From NCBI GenBank assembly GCA_031254685.1, contig JAIRTZ010000103.1, positions 1 to 36,910 on the forward strand: DNA of 36,910 nt, given 5' to 3'. This DNA comes from Methanomassiliicoccaceae archaeon (GTDB lineage Archaea > Thermoplasmatota > Thermoplasmata > Methanomassiliicoccales > Methanomethylophilaceae). Positions within the stretch are counted from its first letter, which is position 1; the number at the start of each line of letters is the position of its first letter. Shown in pieces: positions 8,120 through 15,676 of this stretch. The notes under the pieces were generated by a model. It was not told the DNA's origin. It saw only the letters and a program-made list of their open reading frames with translations, and searched no databases. Both the position numbers and the translations under genes were made by a program.

Positions 8120-9621
8120 TCGCCGATGTGCTCGTCGTGCATGTAGTACGGCGACTTCTCTTTCTGAGATTCGGATACGTCCTTCGAGAGCCCTTTCATG
8201 TACGACCCGTACTTGTCCTTGATCTGCTCCTCTGCGGGCCTCGAACGCTTTATGGCGCGTTTGATGTGATCAACGTCTATCAATTCGGCGCCCTCCATGT
8301 TCGCGATGTCCCCCGCGGCGCGTATCAGTCCGCCCAGCTCCCTGAGGCGAAGCGTCAGCCCGGCAGGCTGGTTGTCCGCCTTCGCGCGTGTCTTTCCCTC
8401 GTCGATTATCATTTCCACGGCGGCGATCGTCGCATGCGGTATCCGTCCGTCCATGTGTATCTCCTGGGCGACGAACTGCGCGTATTTGGCGCGGTTCCTC
8501 GGTGTGTCGGGCATCGCGGTATCGATCAATACCTCGTAACCGCCGCCGATTATCCTGGACCTCACAGGCGAGAGGATATTCTCAAGGTCCTGTATGTTGC
8601 ACGCCGCGACGAGAATGAAATCGCAAGGTACGTTATCAACCTTGACGCTCGCGCCCGCGCTCTGCGGGTTGCGCCCGGCGATCGGGAACTTCTTGTCCTG
8701 CATCGCCGTAAGAATGAATCTCTGCAGATTGCCGAGATGCGAAATCTCGTCAACGAAGAGAACGCCCTCATGCGCCTCGTGTATCGATCCCGCGACAACG
8801 CGTTCGTATGCCGGCGTCCCGAGGTTGGTGTGCCCTCCGTACGGGTCGTGGCGGACGTCGCCCAAGAGCTCCGTCTCGGACGCGCCGGTGGCGAGGACAA
8901 AGGGATTGCGGTCGAGCTTCACCAGTATCTTCTGGTTTGACGTCTTGTCAAGCTCGCGGCGCTTCTCCAATGTCTTCTGATCGAGCATCCGTATCTTCTC
9001 GCCCGCCCGTTCGAAGACGATCATCTCTTCCGTGCCGTCGGTGTTGCGCCTTGACGTTGTCACTTTGTCCTTACCGAGCGAGACGTTGGGCATCGCCGAT
9101 TCAAGCATGCTCCCGAGTATGTCCCCGAACGGATTCGTATTGCCGCCGATGTCGCTCTTCGATTTGGAGCAATGAGGGCAAGTCCTCTCGCTGTACAGCG
9201 AATATTTGTGGCAGTTCTTGCACAGGTACCCCAAGCGCTCCGAGACGGCGTTCGGCGCCTTGTCCGGAGAGATCAGTTCTCCGGTCGCGCCCGCTTTCGA
9301 TATGTTCTCCTCAAGTATGTACGATTCTTCGACCACCTCGAGTATAGGCCTCTCCGGATTCTCCGGGTTGTTTACCACGCGGATCTCATTCTTCGGTTTC
9401 GGGAGGTGCAGCGATATCGCCTGCGCGATCATTGACTTACCGGTACCGGGAGGGCCGACGAGCAGCAGATGCCTGCGCTGTTTCGCGGCTATCTTTGCCA
9501 GCTCGATCGCTTCCTCCTGACCGAGGACCCTGTCCAGGGGATCCGCGGGGATCGCGATCTCCGCGGTGCTCCTCAGGCCCTTCAGGTCATTCCATTCCGT
9601 TATCGCTTTTTTCGCTGTCAT
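8104..9621 (-). CDS. LonB-family AAA+ ATPase lacking the Lon protease domain and TM insert, with a zinc-ribbon insertion
   Basis: N-terminus GQEEAIELAKIAAKQRRHLLLVGPPGTGKSMIAQ is typical of archaeal LonB. Walker B is VLFVDEISHL. A CKNCHKYSLYSERTCPHCSK Cys4 insertion lies between Walker A and B. No hydrophobic insert and no Ser-Lys protease domain are present (505 aa). The start lies 1 nt downstream of the dnaG stop. Confidence 0.72.
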   Translation of the reverse strand: MTAKKAITEWNDLKGLRSTAEIAIPADPLDRVLGQEEAIELAKIAAKQRRHLLLVGPPGTGKSMIAQAISLHLPKPKNEIRVVNNPENPERPILEVVEESYILEENISKAGATGELISPDKAPNAVSERLGYLCKNCHKYSLYSERTCPHCSKSKSDIGGNTNPFGDILGSMLESAMPNVSLGKDKVTTSRRNTDGTEEMIVFERAGEKIRMLDQKTLEKRRELDKTSNQKILVKLDRNPFVLATGASETELLGDVRHDPYGGHTNLGTPAYERVVAGSIHEAHEGVLFVDEISHLGNLQRFILTAMQDKKFPIAGRNPQSAGASVKVDNVPCDFILVAACNIQDLENILSPVRSRIIGGGYEVLIDTAMPDTPRNRAKYAQFVAQEIHMDGRIPHATIAAVEMIIDEGKTRAKADNQPAGLTLRLRELGGLIRAAGDIANMEGAELIDVDHIKRAIKRSRPAEEQIKDKYGSYMKGLSKDVSESQKEKSPYYMHDEHIGDQMFN

Positions 9622-9622
9622 C

Positions 9623-11179
9623 TCAATACAGGTCTTCCTTCGTCCATATGGTTATGCCGGCGGGCATCTTCGCGATGTTGCCCTTGCGCGTGCCGACGAC
9701 GGTGTTCACGCCCTTCTCGGCGGATACGTCCAATATTCTCTGCGATATGACCCCGTCGAAGACTATCTTTGATATTCCGTCGGAATCTTTCTTCAGTGTG
9801 TCCACGAGCTCTTTCACGGCAACCTCTTTTATTGTCTCGTTCTCAGAGTCCAATATCTTCGCGTTGTGCGTTGACGACATCTCAAGCAGCATGTCGCGGA
9901 GCTTCTCCTGCTCCGGCGAAAGGACCTTCGATTGTTTCACGGCCTCTTTCTTTCCGCGGCCCCCGGTGCCTCTCGTCTTCTTTTCCTCACGGTCTCCGCG
10001 CGGCGCCCTCTCCTGCGGCTCTTCCGTCACGTTATCTTCGGATGATTCCTCCGATTCTTCCTCGGCCGGCTTCTTCTTGTATTTCTCGGCGGCCTCGGAA
10101 TTGAACTTCGGTCTCTTGTCGCGAAGCTCTCTCTTTCCTCTCTCTTCGCGGTCATCGCGCCTCTCGCGTCTCTCGTGACGGTCCTCGCGGTCCTCGCGCT
10201 TCTCATTGCGTTCCTCACGCTTCTCGCCGCGGTCATCGCGCCTCTCGCGTTTCTCATGGCGTTCCTCGCGTTCCTCACGCTTCTCGCCGCGTTCCTCGCG
10301 CCTCTCGCGGCGCGGTCTGTCATCGTGTTTATCGTCATCGTCCACGAGGCCGTTCATCTCCATGTACTGGTCTCCCGGGACCTTGTTGCGCAGGCATTTG
10401 ACGATCTGCTTCGCAGACAGTTCCTCGACCTCGTGAGCGCGCGGGGCGCGTGCGACGAAATCAACCTCTGCGACCTGGAACAGTTCCCTGAGTATCAGTT
10501 CTCCGCCCCTGTCGCCGTCCACGAATGCCGTGACGACTTTCTCGCGGGAAAGGTCCTGCACCGTCTGCGGGATGTTCGTTCCCTCGACGGCTATTGCGTT
10601 CTTTATTCCCGCTTTCAGAAGGTTCAGGACATCGGACCTGCCCTCGACGATTATGATCGCCTCCGATGATTTGACATTGGGCCCGGCCGGGCACTTGTCC
10701 TTTCCGAATGATGTGATCTCCTCGACCTGTATGCTCTGCCTTATGTTATCGGTAAGGTCGGAGCTCGTTCCCTTCGACTGCTTTATCAGGTCGTTGAGAA
10801 GTTCCTTCGCACGGTCGATGACCTTCTCGCGCTTCGTTATGCGCACGTCCTCGATGCCGAGCACCTTGATGGCCGCTTTGCAGGGTCCGACGCGGTCTAT
10901 CGTTTCCAATGCGGAAGCGAGCACCACGGTCTCGACCTGGTCGAGGCTTGACGATATGTAGACCAGCCCGTCGGATTTCCCGGACTTGGAAGTGACCTCC
11001 ACCTCGATCCTGCCTATCCTTCCGGACTTCTGCAGGTCGCGGAGATCGAGCTCCTCACCCAGCAATCCCTCGGTCTGGCCGAATATCGCGCCGACGACGT
11101 CGGGTTTCTCCACTATGCCGTCGGCTGTGAGCCTGGCCTTGATCATATATTTCGTTGTGTTTGGATCTATGTTGTTCAT
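9623..11179 (-). CDS. dnaG: Archaeal DnaG primase (TOPRIM; exosome-associated) with an expanded charged linker
   Basis: N-terminal KARLTADGIVEKPDVVGAIFGQTEGLLG. TOPRIM glutamate IIVEGRSDVLNLL and DxD motif AFVDGDRGGELI. Conserved C-terminal FDGVISQRILDVSAEKGV. A ~130-aa Arg/Glu/Lys/Asp-rich insertion lies between the TOPRIM and C-terminal domains. Confidence 0.88.
   Translation of the reverse strand: MNNIDPNTTKYMIKARLTADGIVEKPDVVGAIFGQTEGLLGEELDLRDLQKSGRIGRIEVEVTSKSGKSDGLVYISSSLDQVETVVLASALETIDRVGPCKAAIKVLGIEDVRITKREKVIDRAKELLNDLIKQSKGTSSDLTDNIRQSIQVEEITSFGKDKCPAGPNVKSSEAIIIVEGRSDVLNLLKAGIKNAIAVEGTNIPQTVQDLSREKVVTAFVDGDRGGELILRELFQVAEVDFVARAPRAHEVEELSAKQIVKCLRNKVPGDQYMEMNGLVDDDDKHDDRPRRERREERGEKREEREERHEKRERRDDRGEKREERNEKREDREDRHERRERRDDREERGKRELRDKRPKFNSEAAEKYKKKPAEEESEESSEDNVTEEPQERAPRGDREEKKTRGTGGRGKKEAVKQSKVLSPEQEKLRDMLLEMSSTHNAKILDSENETIKEVAVKELVDTLKKDSDGISKIVFDGVISQRILDVSAEKGVNTVVGTRKGNIAKMPAGITIWTKEDLY
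10120..10325 (-). repeat. Imperfect coding tandem repeat (81-nt and 60-nt units with 9-nt sub-periodicity) encoding the Arg/Glu-rich tract of DnaG
   Basis: The 23-mer CGCGGTCATCGCGCCTCTCGCGT occurs at 10147 and 10228, with a related copy at 10288. The protein reads RRERRDDRGEKREER.EKRE.RE.RHE twice. Confidence 0.7.
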
Positions 11180-11487
11180 TTGTAAACTCTCCGGTTCTTC
11201 TTTGGGAAAAGCCTCTATCTTCCGGCGTTCGCACGCTTGTCGCGTACACGGATCCTCTCCGTATCAGTCCGTTAACCACGGCCTCGTATCATTTTGTCAC
11301 GGCCCCTTCCTGGGGACCGCCGACCGATTCTTGACTTTTATACCGCCTTCCTGGGCGGGTATGTGATTGTGATAGTGAATAGGAAGCTTCTGAGTGCTTT
11401 CCCTTAGACCGTAATTATATAAGTTGTTTATAAAGCTTTGTCAAAGTTCGGTCTTAAATTATCTAAAAACGGAACGAGGCCGGGGAA

Positions 11488-12600
11488 TTACCAAGAGCCG
11501 TACCTTCCGAAGTCCTCGGCCGCCTTCACAAGCGTACGGATGTTCGCGGGATACGAATTCGGAGGGACCTCGCAGCACGTTCCGAGTATACACCCCATCT
11601 TGCTGTCGCGCCCCTCGGTCAATTGTTTCCCCGCCTGTTCATAGATCTTATTTTGGTCGGGAAGGATGAACAATTTTGTATCCACGGAGGGCATTATCGT
11701 AGCGCGCGTTCCGAACTTTTCCTTCATGATCCTTGCCGGGAACGGTTCCCTGTCGAAATACCCCATCTGCATTATCGTGAACGGCGTGATCACGAGTTCG
11801 TTCACATACAGTTCGTAATCCAATGAACAGTTGCCGCAGAAATGATAGAACACCTGCGGTCCGGCGCCCTTCATCAGACATCCTTTGACCAATTTCTCCA
11901 GTGCCGGCGGCGAGATGTCCTTTATTGTCTCCGGCGGCATCGTATCGCTGTTCTCAAGCACGGAGCCGGTGCTTATCAGCGCGCTCCCGTATGCGTTCGC
12001 CAGCGCCTCCGCGCCCGTGATCGCCGTTTCCACGTACACGTCGATCAATTTCTTCACGAGGTCGCGTTCCGTCTCGGTCCACATCAGGAACTCTTCCACC
12101 CCGCACAGTTCCGCGGCGGAACCCACCGGTTCCGGACAGTACGCGAGCGGGACGAACATCTCCGGAAGCTTCTCCTTTATGTAACGGGACGCGCCGGTGA
12201 GCCTCCCGTAAGTGAATCCCCTTTCGATCTCCCTGAGGTCCGGTATATGCAGCTTTTCAACATCCTCCGGCGAGTTCACGACGGTGTTCACGGGAACGGG
12301 CGCGGTCTTGTCCATGAACTTCAGGTTCACGCCGAGCTCCGGCAGCCAGGGATGCGCGAAATAATATTTCGTCACCGGAAGCAGATCGTACATCTCCTGC
12401 GCGTACGCAAGGCAGTGCGCGCCTAATTCCGGCCTCTCGTAAAAATCACGTATCGTGTATCCGCATGCGACCGTCGCATGGGAGAGCATCATCGGGTCAA
12501 CGGGTATCCGGTCGAACTCGCCGCCCATGAACGACGCGGCGTATCTTCTTCTCGCCCGTTTCAGCCAATCTCCGTTGATCGGAGGGAACGATGTCATCAT
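11488..12600 (-). CDS. URO-D family methyltransferase, MtaA/MtbA-like (methylcobamide:CoM methyltransferase family)
   Basis: ~370-aa protein with uroporphyrinogen-decarboxylase-family layout. Zinc-ligand positions are conserved relative to MtaA (HFCGNC and GTCCEVPP). Likely start is ATG 12600 or 12597 (MMTSFPP); the ORF-track TTG at 12630 is unlikely. Substrate specificity is not determinable from the sequence. Confidence 0.72.
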   Translation of the reverse strand: MMTSFPPINGDWLKRARRRYAASFMGGEFDRIPVDPMMLSHATVACGYTIRDFYERPELGAHCLAYAQEMYDLLPVTKYYFAHPWLPELGVNLKFMDKTAPVPVNTVVNSPEDVEKLHIPDLREIERGFTYGRLTGASRYIKEKLPEMFVPLAYCPEPVGSAAELCGVEEFLMWTETERDLVKKLIDVYVETAITGAEALANAYGSALISTGSVLENSDTMPPETIKDISPPALEKLVKGCLMKGAGPQVFYHFCGNCSLDYELYVNELVITPFTIMQMGYFDREPFPARIMKEKFGTRATIMPSVDTKLFILPDQNKIYEQAGKQLTEGRDSKMGCILGTCCEVPPNSYPANIRTLVKAAEDFGRYGSW

Positions 12601-12762
12601 ACAGGTGACGGAAAAGAGATACAATAACAAAAGCGTTGTGCCGTTCCGTACCTTATTCGGGAGAGTTATACTAACTTGAACGGAGTGTTTTCATCAAACA
12701 ATTAAAAAACTAATTTCCGAGCATCCTTTTCAAGGGTCCGTACAATCAAATCTATATGAGAG

Positions 12763-14580
12763 ATGGATGATACATCCACCGCCATGGATTGTTTGAAGAA
12801 GGTCAAAGAGGAGATCGACAGGGGATGGACCGGTCCGAACCCCGAGTGCGAGTACGGACCGTGCCATTACGCCGGGCAGGACTGCACGTATTGCTTCTGC
12901 CCGTTCCATCCCTGCGGGGATACGGAATTGGGGGAGGAGATAACAACTTCCAAGGGAAAGTACTGGAGCTGTCTGTATTGCCACCTCATGCACAGGACGC
13001 CGGTCTGCAGGTACATCGCGTCAAGGATCGAAGAGCTCAGGATAGAGGATCCCGCGGACAGCAGATTGCGCGGGCTGCTTGATGAGGCGAAGGAAAGGTT
13101 CATGGTCCCCGGGAAGGCGATCATGGTCGTCGGTGCGACGTCCGACGCCGGGAAATCAATAACAGCGGCGGCGATATGCCGCATAATATCACGAAAAGGT
13201 TTTTCGGTGGCGCCGATGAAGACTCAGAATATGAGTCTCAACTCGATGATAACTTCGGACGGCTCCGAAGTTGCGTCCATACAGATCATGCAGGCGAAGG
13301 CCGCCCGGATGAGGCATCCGGACCACAACATCAACCCGATACTCCTGAAGCCGATGAAGGGACGCAACACGCAGGCGATCGTCAACGGGAAGCATTTCAA
13401 AGATTTCGATGTCAATTCGTATTATGAGAAATTCGTCCCGACAGCGGGCACCGACGCCGTAAGGAACGCGGTGCGCACGCAGAAGATGAGGTACGAGTAC
13501 GTCGTGATGGAAGGCGCGGGGTCACCGGCGGAGATAAACATTTATGATAAGGACATAGCGAACATGCGCGCCGCAGAGATAGCGGACGCGGATTGCATAC
13601 TTGTGGTCAATATGCAGTGGGGCGGCGGATTCGCGTATGCCCTCGGCACCGTCGAACTGTTATCCCCCGAGGACAGAAAGAGGATGAAAGGGATAATCCT
13701 GAACAACATGCACGGCGACCCATCCTCGCTGAACGCCGGGATAAGGGAATTGGAATCGATACTCGGCATACCCGTCCTCGGGGTGATACCGAACATCAAG
13801 ATGCCGATGCCCAAAGAGGATTCGATGACCATGCAGAACACCGCGGCGCCCGGTGTGAGGATAATCGTGATCAAACTTCCGAGGATGGCCAATTTCACGG
13901 ACATAGATCCGCTGTACCACGAGAACGTTTCCGTAAGGTACACCGCGGACCCGAACGATCTGAAGGATGCGGACATAATAATCATCCCGGGCACAAAGGA
14001 TACGATGGATGCGCTGAGATGGATGCGTTCCTGCGGGATGGATAAAGCGATAACCGAAAGAAAAGGGACGGTGCCGATAGTCGGCCTGTGCGGCGGCTAT
14101 CAGTTAATGTGCGCGGCCCTCCGCGACCCCGACGGCATAGAAAGCGACGGTGTGCCGGAGGCCGAGGGATTGAAACTGTTCGACGCGGTCACCGAATGGA
14201 AGGCTGGCGGCGGAAAAAGGAAAAAGGTCAAAGGCGCATTGGCGGCGAACGGAGGGGACATCCAAGGTTACGAACTTCACGCCGGCACAACGGTGACGCA
14301 CGAGGAACCTCTGTTCATTCTCAGGGAAGGCGACGTTACGGTGAACGAGGGTTCCGCAAGGATCGCTGACAAACTGTTCGGAACGTACGTGCACGGACTG
14401 TTCGACGAGCCGGCGTTCAGAGTTCATTTGCTTAAGATGACCGGAAAATTCTTACCTTCGAAATATTCGGACGTCCCGTACGACAGGATACTTGACGGGA
14501 CGCTCGACGAGCTTGCGGATGTGTTCGAGAGGTCTCTGAACATGAAAGAATTCGACAGGACACTGGGGGTTTCGAAATGA
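12763..14580 (+). CDS. cobQ: Cobyric acid synthase (CobQ/CbiP) with an N-terminal ~115-aa Cys-rich metal-binding-like domain
   Basis: P-loop MVVGATSDAGKSITAAAICR and EGAGSPAEINIYD. GATase-3 nucleophile GLCGGYQLM and catalytic YVHGLFD. N-terminal CEYGPCHYAGQDCTYCFCPFHPCGD...YWSCLYCHLMH resembles the Cys-rich small domain family (Pfam zf-like, PF04071) seen on other archaeal cobamide enzymes. Confidence 0.9.
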   Translation: MDDTSTAMDCLKKVKEEIDRGWTGPNPECEYGPCHYAGQDCTYCFCPFHPCGDTELGEEITTSKGKYWSCLYCHLMHRTPVCRYIASRIEELRIEDPADSRLRGLLDEAKERFMVPGKAIMVVGATSDAGKSITAAAICRIISRKGFSVAPMKTQNMSLNSMITSDGSEVASIQIMQAKAARMRHPDHNINPILLKPMKGRNTQAIVNGKHFKDFDVNSYYEKFVPTAGTDAVRNAVRTQKMRYEYVVMEGAGSPAEINIYDKDIANMRAAEIADADCILVVNMQWGGGFAYALGTVELLSPEDRKRMKGIILNNMHGDPSSLNAGIRELESILGIPVLGVIPNIKMPMPKEDSMTMQNTAAPGVRIIVIKLPRMANFTDIDPLYHENVSVRYTADPNDLKDADIIIIPGTKDTMDALRWMRSCGMDKAITERKGTVPIVGLCGGYQLMCAALRDPDGIESDGVPEAEGLKLFDAVTEWKAGGGKRKKVKGALAANGGDIQGYELHAGTTVTHEEPLFILREGDVTVNEGSARIADKLFGTYVHGLFDEPAFRVHLLKMTGKFLPSKYSDVPYDRILDGTLDELADVFERSLNMKEFDRTLGVSK

Positions 14581-15383
14581 GAGTGATGTTCGTGGGAACG
14601 TCGTCAAGCGCCGGGAAGACGCTCATATCCGCGCTGTTCTGCAGATATCTCCGTTCCAAGATGGTGATGGTCACGCCGTTCAAGGCATTGAATCTCTCGT
14701 CGCGCTCATTCGTCACCGACGACGGTGCCGAGATAGGCATAGGTCAGGCGTTACAGGCATGGGCCTCCGACCTCAAACCGAACGGAAGGATGAACCCGAT
14801 ACTCATCAAACCGTCCGGCGGTAAGCTGCGGACGATCGCGAACGGCGCCGACGGCGACAAAATGGACAGGAAGGCAAAGTTCGCGCACGCGCTGAAGGTC
14901 TATGACGAGCTATGCGACAAGTTCGACGCGGTGGTCGTCGAAGGTTCCGGGTCCCCGGCGGAGATAAACCTTCGCGAGAATGACATAGCCAATATTAATT
15001 TCGCAGTCGCAAGGGACATACCGATGATATTGATCGGCGACATCGAAAAGGGAGGCGTATTCGCCGGAATTTACGGAACGTGGAGGCTTATCGGCGACGA
15101 GGGCCGCCGTTTGATGAAGGGTTTCATCATCAACAAGTACTACGGCGACAAGGACATCCTGAAAAGCGGGATCGACCGCATAGAATCGCTTACGGGGATG
15201 AGATGCATGGGGGTGCTCCCGCACATCTCCGTTTCGTTGCCGGAGGAGGATGATTCGCCATGCGGGATACGGCACGAGCACAGGGACGATAAGATCGGGT
15301 CGTACGTCGAGGCATTGGACATGATGCTCGAGGATATCGCGGAGCACATCGACATGGAAGGCATAATCAAACTTACGGAATGA
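14577..15383 (+). CDS. CobQ-like ATPase-domain paralog lacking the glutamine amidotransferase domain
   Basis: 268 aa. MFVGTSSSAGKTLISALFCR P-loop, NPILIKPSGG and EGSGSPAEINLREND parallel the N-terminal half of the upstream CobQ. No GATase Cys or His region is present. ATGA overlap with cobQ. Confidence 0.7.
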   Translation: MRVMFVGTSSSAGKTLISALFCRYLRSKMVMVTPFKALNLSSRSFVTDDGAEIGIGQALQAWASDLKPNGRMNPILIKPSGGKLRTIANGADGDKMDRKAKFAHALKVYDELCDKFDAVVVEGSGSPAEINLRENDIANINFAVARDIPMILIGDIEKGGVFAGIYGTWRLIGDEGRRLMKGFIINKYYGDKDILKSGIDRIESLTGMRCMGVLPHISVSLPEEDDSPCGIRHEHRDDKIGSYVEALDMMLEDIAEHIDMEGIIKLTE

Positions 15384-15578
15384 TCATCCGCCGGATGCGA
15401 CACGCACCGTTTCGATGACGTCGCCGTCTTTGAGGACGGCGGTCATCGGCACCGGCCTGCCGTTCGAAAAGAAGATGAAGGCATCCGGGAATCTGCCCGC
15501 GGAGATCATCGCGGCCTCTATCGTAACGCCGCTTTCCGCAAGTAATTTTTCAGCTCCGAAAATTATGCTGGCCGTCAT
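15384..15578 (-). CDS. ThiS/MoaD-family beta-grasp sulfur carrier or small archaeal modifier protein (SAMP) candidate
   Basis: 64-aa ORF ending ...DGDVIETVRVASGG, with a C-terminal Gly-Gly immediately before the stop. Size and hydrophobic pattern are typical of ThiS/MoaD/SAMP. Confidence 0.62.
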   Translation of the reverse strand: MTASIIFGAEKLLAESGVTIEAAMISAGRFPDAFIFFSNGRPVPMTAVLKDGDVIETVRVASGG

Positions 15579-15676
15579 ATTTTCCCGATGGTCGTCAAGA
15601 TATAATACAGTTAATCATTACATGTAGTAAAACGTATTTTATAGTAAATATCATAATTATACTACAAGGGGAGTTA

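Noticed and set aside
7723-8940. 405-aa plus-strand ORF overlapping the GNAT gene and the LonB-like gene
   Set aside because: It is Arg/Pro/His-rich with low-complexity composition and no recognisable motifs. It lies antisense to a gene with clear AAA+ motifs and looks like a typical shadow ORF in GC-rich DNA.
10120-10325. Tandem repeat block considered as a possible CRISPR-like or minisatellite element
   Set aside because: The units are contiguous with no unique spacers, have 9-nt (codon-triplet) sub-periodicity, and lie in frame inside dnaG encoding an R/E-rich tract. This is a coding low-complexity repeat, not a CRISPR array.
11270-11400. Possible C/D-box sRNA (ATGATAC ... CTGA on the minus strand; GTGATTGTGATAG ... 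CTGA on the plus strand)
   Set aside because: The box sequences deviate from RUGAUGA/CUGA. The spacing and the lack of a C'/D' pair and terminal stem do not fit archaeal C/D sRNAs.
12601-12630. TTG-initiated 10-codon extension of the MtaA-family gene, and the TTG 32774 extension of the TPR gene
   Set aside because: Both extensions are hydrophobic or odd peptides (MLLYLFSVTC; MEYIEHTGTRNNF...) ahead of in-frame ATG codons that give family-typical N-termini. They are ORF-track maximal-extension artefacts.
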